A stretch of DNA of 64,000 bases, taken from sequence record CP053388.1; one strand, written 5' to 3'. Positions 39,003 through 48,267 of the stretch are shown here, piece after piece. Below the pieces are notes generated by a model that had not been told where the DNA came from, searched no databases, and saw nothing but the letters and a program-made list of their open reading frames with translations. The DNA comes from Escherichia phage CMS-2020a. The first letter of the stretch is position 1; each line of letters starts with the position of its first letter. A program made the translations under genes and the position numbers.

Positions 39003-39148
39003 AATTATCGCACGATTACGCTAAGGATCTTTTCCTCAACTGATTTGTTGTTGCGACTAAACTGCCTTGCGTATCTGATGACAGAAGAGGCGTTTTGCTT
39101 TCTGACCATCTCGGCTCTTTCCTTCAGGCGTTTCTTGAAATCGCCCAT
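39003..39148 (-). CDS. hypothetical small basic protein (not in ORF track)
   Basis: 47-aa ORF MGDFKKRLKERAEMVRKQNASSVIRYARQFSRNNKSVEEKILSVIVR. Confidence 0.25.
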
Positions 39149-39150
39149 AT

Positions 39151-39525
39151 TTACCACCAGGCGCAGAAGGTCAGTCTGTTATTGTGAAAGTCGTGGTTCT
39201 TAATCAGATCTTCCACAAGCTCTTTCAACTGCCCCACATCATGCCAGTAACCTTCATCGTACTCCTGACTGCCGAAGAAAAAACCTTCCCGGGTAGGCAA
39301 GTACTCTTCGCAATTACTTTCGTTTATGTGCATCAAATGAGCCTTCAGAAAACAAATGTCATTCATCGTTAATTCTAAAAGCTCACAATTTTCGACTTCA
39401 CCTACGTTGCGCTCCATCCACCCAACGAGCGCATTGAACTTACGGAAGTAAGCAACCTGCTTTCTGGATGCCTCGTTATTCAGATCGTTTTTAGGCTGTG
39501 TCTCGATATAGATATCAAGTCCCAT
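39151..39525 (-). CDS. hypothetical protein
   Basis: Start MGLDIY with AAGGAA RBS. Confidence 0.5.
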   Translation of the reverse strand: MGLDIYIETQPKNDLNNEASRKQVAYFRKFNALVGWMERNVGEVENCELLELTMNDICFLKAHLMHINESNCEEYLPTREGFFFGSQEYDEGYWHDVGQLKELVEDLIKNHDFHNNRLTFCAWW

Positions 39526-39582
39526 GATGGTTTCCTTATTAAGTTGCTTCAGTGAAATCATTTTCACAAATCAGATAAGGCA

Positions 39583-39600
39583 GAAAACAAATTGTTATCG
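39583..39600. promoter_or_regulatory. motif A
   Basis: gaaaacaaattgttatcg. Confidence 0.5.
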
Positions 39601-39634
39601 GGCTTAATAAAATGGCGCGGTTTACGCGCCATTT
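39601..39634 (-). terminator. rho-independent terminator
   Basis: GC hairpin ggcgcg..cgcgcc with flanking T-run on minus strand. Confidence 0.6.
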
Positions 39635-39642
39635 AAAGAGGA

Positions 39643-40038
39643 TTAAGCGAATACGCTTTCAGGGATTAAGGTGTCGGCAGGAATGCCAGAGGTAATGCGC
39701 AGGCCGTACTGACCAATCCAGGTAGTGTTGGTATTCAGGTTGGAGGCGAATACGGTGTTAACCATATTCATCATGGTTTCAAACACCTCTTCATCAACCT
39801 GGCGGAAGTAGTTCTCGATTTTCAGCAGCAGCGGGTCAGTTGCATCGAGAATGGACTGGTATTGAGTCGCGTACTCGCCGTCGGAGGCATCACCTTTACG
39901 CACGATCGTACTGGCCTGGACTTCGGCACCAGTTTCGGTGTTGTACGTAACAACGGTGATTTTTGCCACATTCTTACCTTCGGCGGTTTCAGAGGCATAG
40001 TAAACATCAACTGTCAGTTTTTCGCGTTTAACGGTCAT
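39643..40038 (-). CDS. hypothetical protein
   Basis: Start MTVKREK with GGAGAG RBS. Confidence 0.5.
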   Translation of the reverse strand: MTVKREKLTVDVYYASETAEGKNVAKITVVTYNTETGAEVQASTIVRKGDASDGEYATQYQSILDATDPLLLKIENYFRQVDEEVFETMMNMVNTVFASNLNTNTTWIGQYGLRITSGIPADTLIPESVFA

Positions 40039-40074
40039 TTCACTCTCCGTAGTGTTTTGGTTATTTTTATATTC

Positions 40075-40102
40075 TATGATAGTAAGTATGTACTTACAAT
40101 AC
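40075..40102. promoter_or_regulatory. motif B palindrome
   Basis: tatgatagtaagtatgtacttacaatac between terminator and RBS. Confidence 0.5.
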
Positions 40103-40131
40103 AAAAAAGCCCCGTAAGGATGGCGGGGCTG
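40101..40131 (-). terminator. rho-independent terminator
   Basis: agccccg..cggggct hairpin followed by TTTTTT on minus strand. Confidence 0.7.
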
Positions 40132-40164
40132 TCGTACTGTCGACTAATTGCCACTTGCACATTA

Positions 40165-40476
40165 TCAGGCTATTGCCATCACTGATGCTCTCTGAATCTC
40201 TTGCTGGGCCACGCGGTTAACTTCCATCAAAGCCAGTTCGAGCTGATGTTCCGGCCACATTCTTTGAAATGCCACCCAGCCTTTTCCACGCTGGCGACGA
40301 ACATTCATTACATAACGAGTAAAGGTGTTTTTATCGAAAGACACCGCTGTTTCACGGAACAGACGAATAGAGGTTCCATTGGCAACGATGTCCAGCAAAG
40401 TTAATTGAGCAACCAGCGCAGGCTTCTCTTTTCTCTTCTGGTCTTTGTCCAGACCAAGAACCAATGATTTTTTCAT
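40165..40476 (-). CDS. hypothetical protein
   Basis: Start MKKSLVLG with GGAG RBS. Confidence 0.5.
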   Translation of the reverse strand: MKKSLVLGLDKDQKRKEKPALVAQLTLLDIVANGTSIRLFRETAVSFDKNTFTRYVMNVRRQRGKGWVAFQRMWPEHQLELALMEVNRVAQQEIQRASVMAIA

Positions 40477-40486
40477 TACAACTCCG

Positions 40487-40509
40487 TAAACAACTTGTTT
40501 TCTCAATGG
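40487..40509. promoter_or_regulatory. motif A
   Basis: taaacaacttgttttctcaatgg. Confidence 0.55.
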
Positions 40510-40629
40510 CGTAAATAATACCAGTAAGAAAACGGCTACAAAGCATATTGATCAGGTGCATGAGCGATATGCAGGTTCTTCCCTGCGGCTATAGAGAAAT
40601 TAAGCCAGCATTGCTGGCTTTGGTTGGGG

Positions 40630-40959
40630 TTACTCGAATACTTCAAGAAACTCCTGAACGTCCCAATGCTGGACGAGGTGAAGATAGACCTTAGAAATCA
40701 CGTCATTTTCGCTATCGCATGTGAAGTAGTACTTCTGGCTGCGGTTGTATGTGTCCACACAAAATTCGCTCATATCCATAAAGTCAGCATCTTCACCCAG
40801 GTCGCTGATCATCAAAGCAGGTGCGTCATCACGAGTCATCAGTTCCAGCACCCATCTTGAATTGATCAGAGTGGAAGACCAACCTTCTAACTCATAAAAC
40901 TGATCAAACTCTTTTTGAGTTAATTTCTTGATTTGGTTGATGTCGATATTTGTAAACAT
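40630..40959 (-). CDS. hypothetical protein
   Basis: Start MFTNIDIN with AAGGA RBS. Confidence 0.5.
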   Translation of the reverse strand: MFTNIDINQIKKLTQKEFDQFYELEGWSSTLINSRWVLELMTRDDAPALMISDLGEDADFMDMSEFCVDTYNRSQKYYFTCDSENDVISKVYLHLVQHWDVQEFLEVFE

Positions 40960-40971
40960 AAAGCAATCCTT

Positions 40972-40993
40972 AAACATGTTGTTTTCTTGATGG
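40972..40993. promoter_or_regulatory. motif A
   Basis: aaacatgttgttttcttgatgg. Confidence 0.55.
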
Positions 40994-41317
40994 TGTTATT
41001 ATCGCAATAACACACAGGCGGAAAAGGATTTTATTCCGGTGAATGTGGTTTTGGCAGTGAGTTTTCAGGTTCAGTACCGAGTACACTTTTTACATTATTC
41101 TGATTTAGTGGCCGAAAGTGGCTGGTGGCAGAGTAATCCTCTCCCCAAAAACCTACTGAAATCGATTGTGCCCCGTTGGCTGTCTGGCACAATTACGCTG
41201 TAGCTGGGCATTCAGAGGGAATCCAGCGGTAAGCAAGTCCGCCTACGTGAGCGCCTCTCTTCTTCCCGCACATTACAGGTGGGTAGCCGCAACTCTCCCT
41301 CTCGCTATACCGGTACG

Positions 41318-41475
41318 CCACCGTTCCTGAACCGGCATCGAGCCTTCTCCCGAAATCCACACAGGCAACTCGACCGTTTCTCTGAAAACCTCCAGCCGTT
41401 CCCCGAAGGCAACCCAGCCGTTTCTGTAGCGGGATGCAGCCTTTTCCCTGTATGGACCGAAGGCTGACCGTAGGG
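41318..41475. repeat. iteron-like array (6-7 degenerate ~22-bp direct repeats)
   Basis: Units cagccgtt(c/t)c..gaa at 41318, 41340, 41371, 41394, 41415, 41437. Confidence 0.6.
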
Positions 41476-42054
41476 GTGTTACGGGGGGATAAAATCAGGA
41501 GTTGAATAAATACGAAAAAGGAGGCGACACCTCTCCTTCCCTCCCCACTTATACATACCTGGCTTCTTCGCTATACATGTTGTGTTTTCTTCGTGTTTTA
41601 TCTGTCTCAACCTCTCTATAGGCGTTAATGCTCACTCCTTCCAGAACGTTCTATACGGCGACTATTTCTGTTGGTGAATTGGGTGTGTTGTTTTCTCTGT
41701 CGGTGTATGTGGTTTCGTTCGTTTTGCGGTGGTTCTTCTAGGGGGTGTTCTCGTCGTTTTGGTGATTGTTCTTCTCCATGTATGGAGTAATGGCAGGTGG
41801 GCGATTCCTTTCGTTGTTGTGTTTGAGTTGTTTGTCTGGAGTGCGTGAAGGGCTTTTGTAGTTATTCGTGTATTGGGTAATGGCGTTTCCCGTGATTGTT
41901 ATGTTTCGTGTCTTTTGGGATTGAGAGAATCCTTGTGGTTACAGGCTTCGTTGGGGTTTCAGTGATTCTGGTGTTTCTTCGCTGTTTGGGTAATGGCCTG
42001 TCGTGGGTATCGCGCGTATGAATGTTTTCGGATTGCCTGTGAAAGTTAGGTTGG

Positions 42055-42130
42055 TTGTCCGGTAGCCTGGGGAGAAGAGGTGGGTCTTTTCGGTAGCCTG
42101 CCATAAAGAGGTTGGTTGTTTTTGGGAATG
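42055..42130. repeat. ~75-bp GT-rich repeat, copy 2
   Basis: Paralogous to 38883-38955. Confidence 0.6.
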
Positions 42131-42512
42131 GCATGTGTGTTATTTAGTTGTTTTGTTATACCTGAAAATGAGTTGTTTATATGGTTGTGTAACGCAACGG
42201 GAGCGATTTTGAGCGTGTGTTTTTGTTGGTAGTGTGTTGGGTCGTCTGTGGTGAAAATTGGACGCTGTGGCGCTGTCTGCTGCGTAGAGTTACGGGTATA
42301 AGAAGTGATGTGTGAAAACGTCAATTTTTTAGACCAAATCGGGTGAAAGCGTTGACGTTTCGTTGATCTGTTATTTAGTTGTTTTCTTATTTGTATAAAC
42401 AACCATAACCTATTGATATTTAAAGATATGATTGCAGCTATGGAAGGGGAGTAGTGGCGATCAACGGATTCTTATAGAAAAGAATCAAATTGTGACCGCC
42501 ATTATCAATGTT

Positions 42513-43247
42513 TTACATAGTTTTGTTTAGCAGAGAGAGAATTTCATCACTAATTTCACTCGCCTGTTTTATAGCCAATGCAGTTACCTCTTCTATGGTT
42601 GGTGACTGTTGATGCTCATGTTTGGTTTCAGTTATGACAATGTGTTCTTCACCTGAATTTGCGCATAGTGCCGCATTGACGATAAGGTTTGAGTAAGAAT
42701 TTAGCAGAGCACTGTTGATAAACGCTTTCACGGTATTACTGTCTGCACCAAATACATCTTTTCTGACCGCTTCAGCCTCACAGCGAACCCCTGCAGCAAC
42801 ATCGTGAAGAACATGTATGGCCTTGGGGCTTGTTTGTTCACAGTACTCAATCATTATTGTCGAATTGTTCTGTTCAACAAACGATCTGATGCCTGACGAT
42901 TCACCCATAGCATCGAAGGCAGCGTGACCCGCACTGGTAGAGATATCTTCATAGAGTTCTTCATCGCTATCTTTTTCTTCAGGTGTCGAGGTGTCTTCAT
43001 CGTCGTAATAGATATTGCCTTTAATCAGTGTTTTGGACACTTGATATAAACAATAAGAAACGAGATTTAAGCATTGGATTTTAGCTGTATTGTCCTTTGT
43101 CGCCTCGCTCTTCAGTTCTTTCGCTTCTTCAGTAAGGCTGTTGATAAGACTTTGTATTTTTTCCAACGCGTTAGGCGCACACTCCGCGTTGTCCATAAAG
43201 AATTTATAACCAGTCCCAGGGATTTCTAAACTTTTCAACTTTTTCAT
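42513..43247 (-). CDS. hypothetical protein
   Basis: 244-aa acidic ORF. Confidence 0.5.
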   Translation of the reverse strand: MKKLKSLEIPGTGYKFFMDNAECAPNALEKIQSLINSLTEEAKELKSEATKDNTAKIQCLNLVSYCLYQVSKTLIKGNIYYDDEDTSTPEEKDSDEELYEDISTSAGHAAFDAMGESSGIRSFVEQNNSTIMIEYCEQTSPKAIHVLHDVAAGVRCEAEAVRKDVFGADSNTVKAFINSALLNSYSNLIVNAALCANSGEEHIVITETKHEHQQSPTIEEVTALAIKQASEISDEILSLLNKTM

Positions 43248-43292
43248 TTCTTTGATAATCCTAAAAACAAACTACCAATGCTTTAATATCTG

Positions 43293-43592
43293 TTACCAGT
43301 TCCAGCACTCAAGCCCTTCAACGACTGGTGCTCCACAATCAAAATGTACAGAGTCAAAGCCTACATCAAGTACTTTCTGAATGTTAGCAATCGCGCCTTC
43401 GGATATACCATATCGACGCAAGTCGTCTTTCCAGACATCATCCTGTAACCCGGCGTGAACAATACAACCGCCATCAATTTGTGAAACCCAATCCAGCTCA
43501 TTGCTTGCGATCATGAATCGGCGAGCATCTTCCTCTGATGTATGAGATGAACTGATCAATGCCACCTGGTAGGCTTGGGTAATGTTCAACAT
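43293..43592 (-). CDS. hypothetical protein
   Basis: 99 aa; GGAG RBS; two motif A copies upstream. Confidence 0.5.
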   Translation of the reverse strand: MLNITQAYQVALISSSHTSEEDARRFMIASNELDWVSQIDGGCIVHAGLQDDVWKDDLRRYGISEGAIANIQKVLDVGFDSVHFDCGAPVVEGLECWNW

Positions 43593-43604
43593 TTCAACTA
43601 CTCC

Positions 43605-43629
43605 AAAACAAGTTGTTTTCTTATGTGGC
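43605..43629. promoter_or_regulatory. motif A
   Basis: aaaacaagttgttttcttatgtggc. Confidence 0.6.
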
Positions 43630-43646
43630 TTATTATCTCAATCAAC

Positions 43647-43675
43647 AAAAGGTAGAAAACAAATTGTTTTAGGGC
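43647..43675. promoter_or_regulatory. motif A variant
   Basis: aaaaggtagaaaacaaattgttttagggc; candidate -10 GATAAT lies between the two copies. Confidence 0.5.
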
Positions 43676-43704
43676 TTGTGTAAATCAGGAGGGATTGTGT
43701 CTAT

Positions 43705-43736
43705 ATGAAAATGCCCGGCGTGTTGCCGGGCATTGT
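43705..43736 (-). terminator. metG terminator hairpin
   Basis: aatgcccggc..gccgggcatt just after the metG stop. Confidence 0.5.
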
Positions 43737-43753
43737 GAAAAATGGTTGTTTAG

Positions 43754-45787
43754 TTACTTAACTTGGTGGCCTGGTTTAGCACCAGCATCCGGGCTTAACA
43801 GGAAGATATCTTTTCCGCCAGGGCCAGCAGCCATCACCATGCCTTCGGAGATACCGAAGCGCATTTTACGCGGTGCCAGGTTAGCCACCATAATGGTGTG
43901 ACGACCAATCAGTGCCTGTGGATCTGGATAAGCGGAACGAATGCCTGAGAAGACATTACGTTTTTCTCCGCCGAGATCCAGTGTCAGGCGCAGCAGTTTG
44001 TCAGAACCTTCGACAAACTCCGCGTTTTCAATCAGCGCCACACGCAGGTCAACTTTGGCGAAGTCGTCAAAGGTGATGGTTTCCTGAATCGGGGCGTCAG
44101 CCAGTGGGCCAGTTACCGGTGCAGCTGTGGCTTTCACTTCTTCTTTGGATGCTTCCACCAGTGCTTCCACCTGTTTCATATCGATACGGTTATACAGTGC
44201 CTTGAACGGATTCACTTTATGGCCCAGCAGCGGTTGCTGGATACCATCCCAGGTCAGTTCTGTATTCAGGAATGCTTCTGCACGTTCAGTCAGTTTCGGC
44301 AGTACCGGTTTCAGGTACGTCATCAGCACGCGGAACAGGTTAATGCCCATAGAGCAAATCGCCTGCAGATCGGCATCGCGTCCTTCCTGCTTCGCCACCA
44401 CCCACGGAGCCTGTTCATCAACATAGCGGTTAGCCAGGTCAGCCAGTGCCATGATTTCACGGATAGCTTTGCCAAATTCGCGGCTTTCCCATGCTTCGCC
44501 AATCACTTCAGCGGCATCAGTAAAGGTTTTGTACAGTTGCGGGTCAGCCAGTTCGCTTGCCAGCACGCCGTCAAAACGCTTGTTGATAAAGCCTGCATTA
44601 CGGGAGGCCAGGTTAACCACTTTGTTCACGATATCGGCATTCACGCGCTGAACGAAATCTTCCAGGTTGAGATCGATATCATCAATGCGCGAAGAGAGTT
44701 TCGCAGTGTAGTAGTAACGCAGGCTGTCGGCGTCAAAATGATTCAGCCAGGTGCTGGCTTTAATAAAGGTGCCGCGAGACTTGGACATCTTCGCACCGTT
44801 CACCGTCACATAGCCATGAACAAACAGGTTGGTCGGCTTGCGGAAGTTGCTGCCTTCTAGCATGGCAGGCCAGAACAGGCTGTGGAAGTAAACGATATCT
44901 TTGCCGATGAAGTGGTACAGCTCGGCGGTGGAGTCTTTCTTCCAGTATTCGTCGAAGCTGGTAGTGTCGCCGCGTTTGTCGCACAGATTCTTGAAGGAAC
45001 CCATGTAGCCAATCGGCGCGTCCAGCCAGACGTAGAAGTATTTGCCCGGTGCGTTCGGAATTTCAAAACCGAAGTAAGGTGCGTCACGGGAGATATCCCA
45101 CTGTTGCAGGCCAGATTCAAACCACTCCTGCATTTTGTTTGCCACCTGCTCCTGCAACGCACCGCTGCGGGTCCATGCCTGCAACATTTCGCTGAAAGAA
45201 GGCAGATCAAAGAAGAAGTGTTCGGAATCACGCATTACCGGTGTAGCGCCAGAAACTACCGATTTCGGCTCGATCAGTTCCGTCGGGCTGTATGTCGCGC
45301 CGCAGACTTCACAGTTATCGCCGTATTGATCCGGCGCTTTACATTTCGGGCATGTGCCTTTTACAAAACGGTCCGGCAGGAACATGCCTTTTTCCGGGTC
45401 GTACAGCTGAGAGATGGTGCGGTTTTTAATAAAACCGTTCTCTTTCAGGCGAGTGTAGATAAGCTCGGACAACTGACGGTTCTCTTCGCTGTGCGTCGAG
45501 TGATAGTTGTCATAGCTGATGTTAAAGCCTGCGAAATCAGTCTGATGTTCCTGACTCATTTCGCCAATCATCTGCTCCGGTGTGATACCAAGCTGCTGTG
45601 CTTTCAGCATGATCGGCGTACCGTGGGCATCGTCGGCACAGATGAAATTAACCTCGTGGCCGCGCATTCGCTGGTAACGAACCCAGACATCAGCCTGGAT
45701 GTGCTCCAGCATATGGCCGAGGTGGATTGAGCCGTTAGCGTACGGCAGCGCGCACGTCACCAGAATTTTCTTCGCGACTTGGGTCAT
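43754..45787 (-). CDS. metG: methionyl-tRNA synthetase
   Basis: Start [25 protein letters not shown] (HIGH motif), KMSKS motif, C-terminal tRNA-binding domain; matches enterobacterial MetG as recalled from memory. Confidence 0.97.
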   Translation of the reverse strand: MTQVAKKILVTCALPYANGSIHLGHMLEHIQADVWVRYQRMRGHEVNFICADDAHGTPIMLKAQQLGITPEQMIGEMSQEHQTDFAGFNISYDNYHSTHSEENRQLSELIYTRLKENGFIKNRTISQLYDPEKGMFLPDRFVKGTCPKCKAPDQYGDNCEVCGATYSPTELIEPKSVVSGATPVMRDSEHFFFDLPSFSEMLQAWTRSGALQEQVANKMQEWFESGLQQWDISRDAPYFGFEIPNAPGKYFYVWLDAPIGYMGSFKNLCDKRGDTTSFDEYWKKDSTAELYHFIGKDIVYFHSLFWPAMLEGSNFRKPTNLFVHGYVTVNGAKMSKSRGTFIKASTWLNHFDADSLRYYYTAKLSSRIDDIDLNLEDFVQRVNADIVNKVVNLASRNAGFINKRFDGVLASELADPQLYKTFTDAAEVIGEAWESREFGKAIREIMALADLANRYVDEQAPWVVAKQEGRDADLQAICSMGINLFRVLMTYLKPVLPKLTERAEAFLNTELTWDGIQQPLLGHKVNPFKALYNRIDMKQVEALVEASKEEVKATAAPVTGPLADAPIQETITFDDFAKVDLRVALIENAEFVEGSDKLLRLTLDLGGEKRNVFSGIRSAYPDPQALIGRHTIMVANLAPRKMRFGISEGMVMAAGPGGKDIFLLSPDAGAKPGHQVK

Positions 45788-45944
45788 AGTAGGCATTACT
45801 TCTTTGTAGTGAAAAGGGGCTTGATAGTAACAAAATGGCCTTATGTCTGCCATGTGATAACAGCATTTCTCATAAATGATTAAATGTCGTAGCTGGAGTA
45901 CACTACAAGGCGACAATTGCGCAAATTAAAATAAAGGAGACGGG

Positions 45945-47045
45945 ATGAGCGAGTCCAAATCGCCGGATGCCCTGAGAGCAATGGTAGCCGGTACGCTGGC
46001 TAATTTTCAGCACCCAACCCTGAAACACAACCTGACTACGCTTAAAGCGTTACACCATGTTGCGTTGATGGATGACACACTGCATGTCGAACTAATCATG
46101 CCTTTCGTGTGGAATAAGCCTTTTGAAGACCTGAAAGAGCAATGTAGTGGTGATCTGCTCCGTATCACTGGCGCAAAGGCTATTGACTGGAAGCTGTCGT
46201 ACAACATTGCCACGCTTAAGCGTGTCAAAAACCAACCAGGCATTAATGGCGTTAAGAACATTATCGCCGTCAGCTCAGGCAAGGGCGGCGTGGGTAAATC
46301 CTCCACGGCGGTAAACCTGGCACTGGCGTTGGCTGCTGAAGGTGCGAAAGTTGGTATTTTGGATGCCGATATCTATGGTCCATCAATTCCAACCATGCTG
46401 GGCGCGGAAAACCAACGTCCAACCTCACCTGACGGTACTCACATGGCACCTATCATGTCTCATGGCCTGGCAACCAACTCTATTGGTTATCTGGTCACCG
46501 ACGACAATGCAATGGTGTGGCGTGGACCGATGGCCAGCAAGGCGCTGATGCAGATGTTGCAGGAAACATTGTGGCCTGATCTGGACTATCTTGTTCTCGA
46601 TATGCCGCCGGGCACTGGTGATATTCAGTTGACGCTGGCGCAGAACATTCCTGTAACTGGTGCTGTTGTGGTAACTACGCCGCAAGACATCGCGCTGATC
46701 GATGCGAAGAAAGGCATTGTGATGTTCGAAAAAGTCGAAGTGCCGGTACTGGGTATCGTTGAAAACATGAGTGTGCATATTTGCAGTAACTGCGGTCATC
46801 ACGAGCCAATTTTTGGCACCGGTGGCGCACAGAAACTGGCCGAGAAATACAACACGCAGTTGTTAGGCCAAATGCCACTTCATATCTCTCTTCGTGAAGA
46901 TCTGGATAACGGAACACCAACCGTTATTAGTCGTCCAGATAGCGAATTTACAGCTATTTATCGTGACCTCGCAGATCGCGTTGCCGCCCAAATGTATTGG
47001 CAAGGTGAAGTAATACCTGGCGAAATCGCATTCCGCGCAGTGTGA
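45945..47045 (+). CDS. apbC: Fe-S cluster carrier ATPase ApbC/Mrp
   Basis: P-loop SGKGGVGKSS and CxxC motif; divergent from metG with AAGGAG RBS, the native enterobacterial arrangement. Confidence 0.95.
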   Translation: MSESKSPDALRAMVAGTLANFQHPTLKHNLTTLKALHHVALMDDTLHVELIMPFVWNKPFEDLKEQCSGDLLRITGAKAIDWKLSYNIATLKRVKNQPGINGVKNIIAVSSGKGGVGKSSTAVNLALALAAEGAKVGILDADIYGPSIPTMLGAENQRPTSPDGTHMAPIMSHGLATNSIGYLVTDDNAMVWRGPMASKALMQMLQETLWPDLDYLVLDMPPGTGDIQLTLAQNIPVTGAVVVTTPQDIALIDAKKGIVMFEKVEVPVLGIVENMSVHICSNCGHHEPIFGTGGAQKLAEKYNTQLLGQMPLHISLREDLDNGTPTVISRPDSEFTAIYRDLADRVAAQMYWQGEVIPGEIAFRAV

Positions 47046-47072
47046 TAAAAAGGCGGTGCATTGCACCGCCTA
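47046..47072. terminator. hairpin terminator at the apbC / UmuD'-like junction
   Basis: aaaaa + ggcggtgcattgcaccgcc; U-tract is on the minus-strand side. Confidence 0.55.
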
Positions 47073-47082
47073 ATCAGTTCTC

Positions 47083-47472
47083 CTACATCACGGGACAATC
47101 ATCAAACTCGCCACTTCTTGCGTCGTTGATAATGTGAGTGATCACACCAAACACGGCATTGCTGCCCGTGCATCCATCGTCATCCTTTGGCAATGCTTCC
47201 TTCTTACCGGTTCTTAAATCCTCCAGATGCTGACGTGGGTACTTCCGGTATCTTTTTACGCGATATTCCCCATCCAGAGCGCATACAAGCAGAGAACCAT
47301 CAACCGGGGTAAGTGAGGAATCGACCACCAGCAATGCACCCTGTAATATTCCCTCACGATGATGACTATCAGCTGCCCTCATGAAGTAGGTCGCTGAAGG
47401 ATGTCTAATTATCTGCTGATCAAGAGAAATACGGCTCTCAACATAATCCGCCGCAGGAGAAGGGAAGCCCAT
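47083..47472 (-). CDS. UmuD'-like S24 peptidase-family protein (N-terminally pre-truncated, HumD-like)
   Basis: GFPSPAADYVESRISLDQQIIRHPSATYF aligns with UmuD from its autocleavage-site region onward; no umuC. Confidence 0.85.
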   Translation of the reverse strand: MGFPSPAADYVESRISLDQQIIRHPSATYFMRAADSHHREGILQGALLVVDSSLTPVDGSLLVCALDGEYRVKRYRKYPRQHLEDLRTGKKEALPKDDDGCTGSNAVFGVITHIINDARSGEFDDCPVM

Positions 47473-47488
47473 AATACTCGCCTCTTAA

Positions 47489-47508
47489 TACTGTATACAC
47501 ATACAGTA
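47489..47508. promoter_or_regulatory. LexA (SOS) box overlapping the UmuD'-like promoter
   Basis: tactgtatacacatacagta = CTGT-N8-ACAG; -35 TTCAAA and -10 TATACT on minus strand. Confidence 0.85.
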
Positions 47509-47803
47509 TATATTGAAGCTATATATTTTTGAACTCTATCTCTTAAAAAAGATGTTAATAAGATGCTAACTATTGAAAGGCATAAATATATACAATTCAA
47601 ACAAACGTTATTTTTAACAAATTTTTTCTTCCCATTGACTTTTTCGAACGCCTTGTCCGGTCTAAAGTGCGCAGAAGTCACTTTTTCCTTCCTGAGTTAT
47701 CCACAGGCTTATGCACTTGCATGAAAAATCTATTCACACTATCTTAATTCGCAAGACACTGATGTTGCAGTATTGAGGGTATGTTGGGTTAAAAATAGAC
47801 ATT

Positions 47804-47836
47804 AAAAAGCCCAGTTGACTAGGCTGGGCTTTTTAA
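47804..47836. terminator. bidirectional terminator hairpin
   Basis: aaaaagcccagttgactaggctgggcttttt. Confidence 0.65.
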
Positions 47837-48229
47837 AAGGAAACAGAGTTTGCGGCTCTGTTCCTGAGCCATAAGTATCTGGCGACTGAGCTAAGATTAA
47901 CCGAATGTACTGGATTCATCAAGAAACGTTGAGTGGTCATACTAGGTAATAATGACCATTTACTAAACATCGTTGTTCTCAAAGAAGATTTAAGTCCAGG
48001 TTTTTGGTGACTCTAAAACCTTACCTTAACTCGAAATCGTGCCGTAAGTATCTGGCGACTACAGATATTGCAACTGCAAAGGCAAGCTCAAAGGTATTTG
48101 CAGCTAGGTGCGATAAAACTAAGTGAGGCCTATAGTGCTTAACTTACTTTTCAAAATCGTGCCGCCTATGTTCGCAATCATCGAAGCGATCATTGAGTAC
48201 GTCAACCAGCGCCCATAATGCTAGTTGTT

Positions 48230-48257
48230 ACCGGCCCCATCCAAATGGGGCCATTTT
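48230..48257 (+). terminator. plus-strand rho-independent terminator
   Basis: ggccccatccaaatggggcc followed by atttt. Confidence 0.55.
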
Positions 48258-48267
48258 ATTGTATTGA

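Larger units (their letters stand above)
1..43690. mobile_element. phage-derived element, part 1 (late structural module, regulatory operon, early-type genes)
   Basis: Continuous minus-strand run of terminase, portal, capsid, tail, tape-measure, lambda-like M/L/K/I/J and tail-fibre genes; phage motifs A and B throughout. Confidence 0.85.

Noticed and set aside
41279-41467. 62-aa ORF across the iteron-like repeats
   Set aside because: Pro/Arg-rich low-complexity translation of the direct repeats; no RBS.
45788-45916. 43-codon N-terminal extension of the metG ORF in the six-frame track
   Set aside because: The canonical MetG start MTQVAKK at 45787 is used; the extension runs into the metG-apbC intergenic promoter region.
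47083-47472. Possibility of a complete umuDC mutagenesis operon
   Set aside because: No UmuC-like polymerase gene is adjacent; only the UmuD'-like gene is present.
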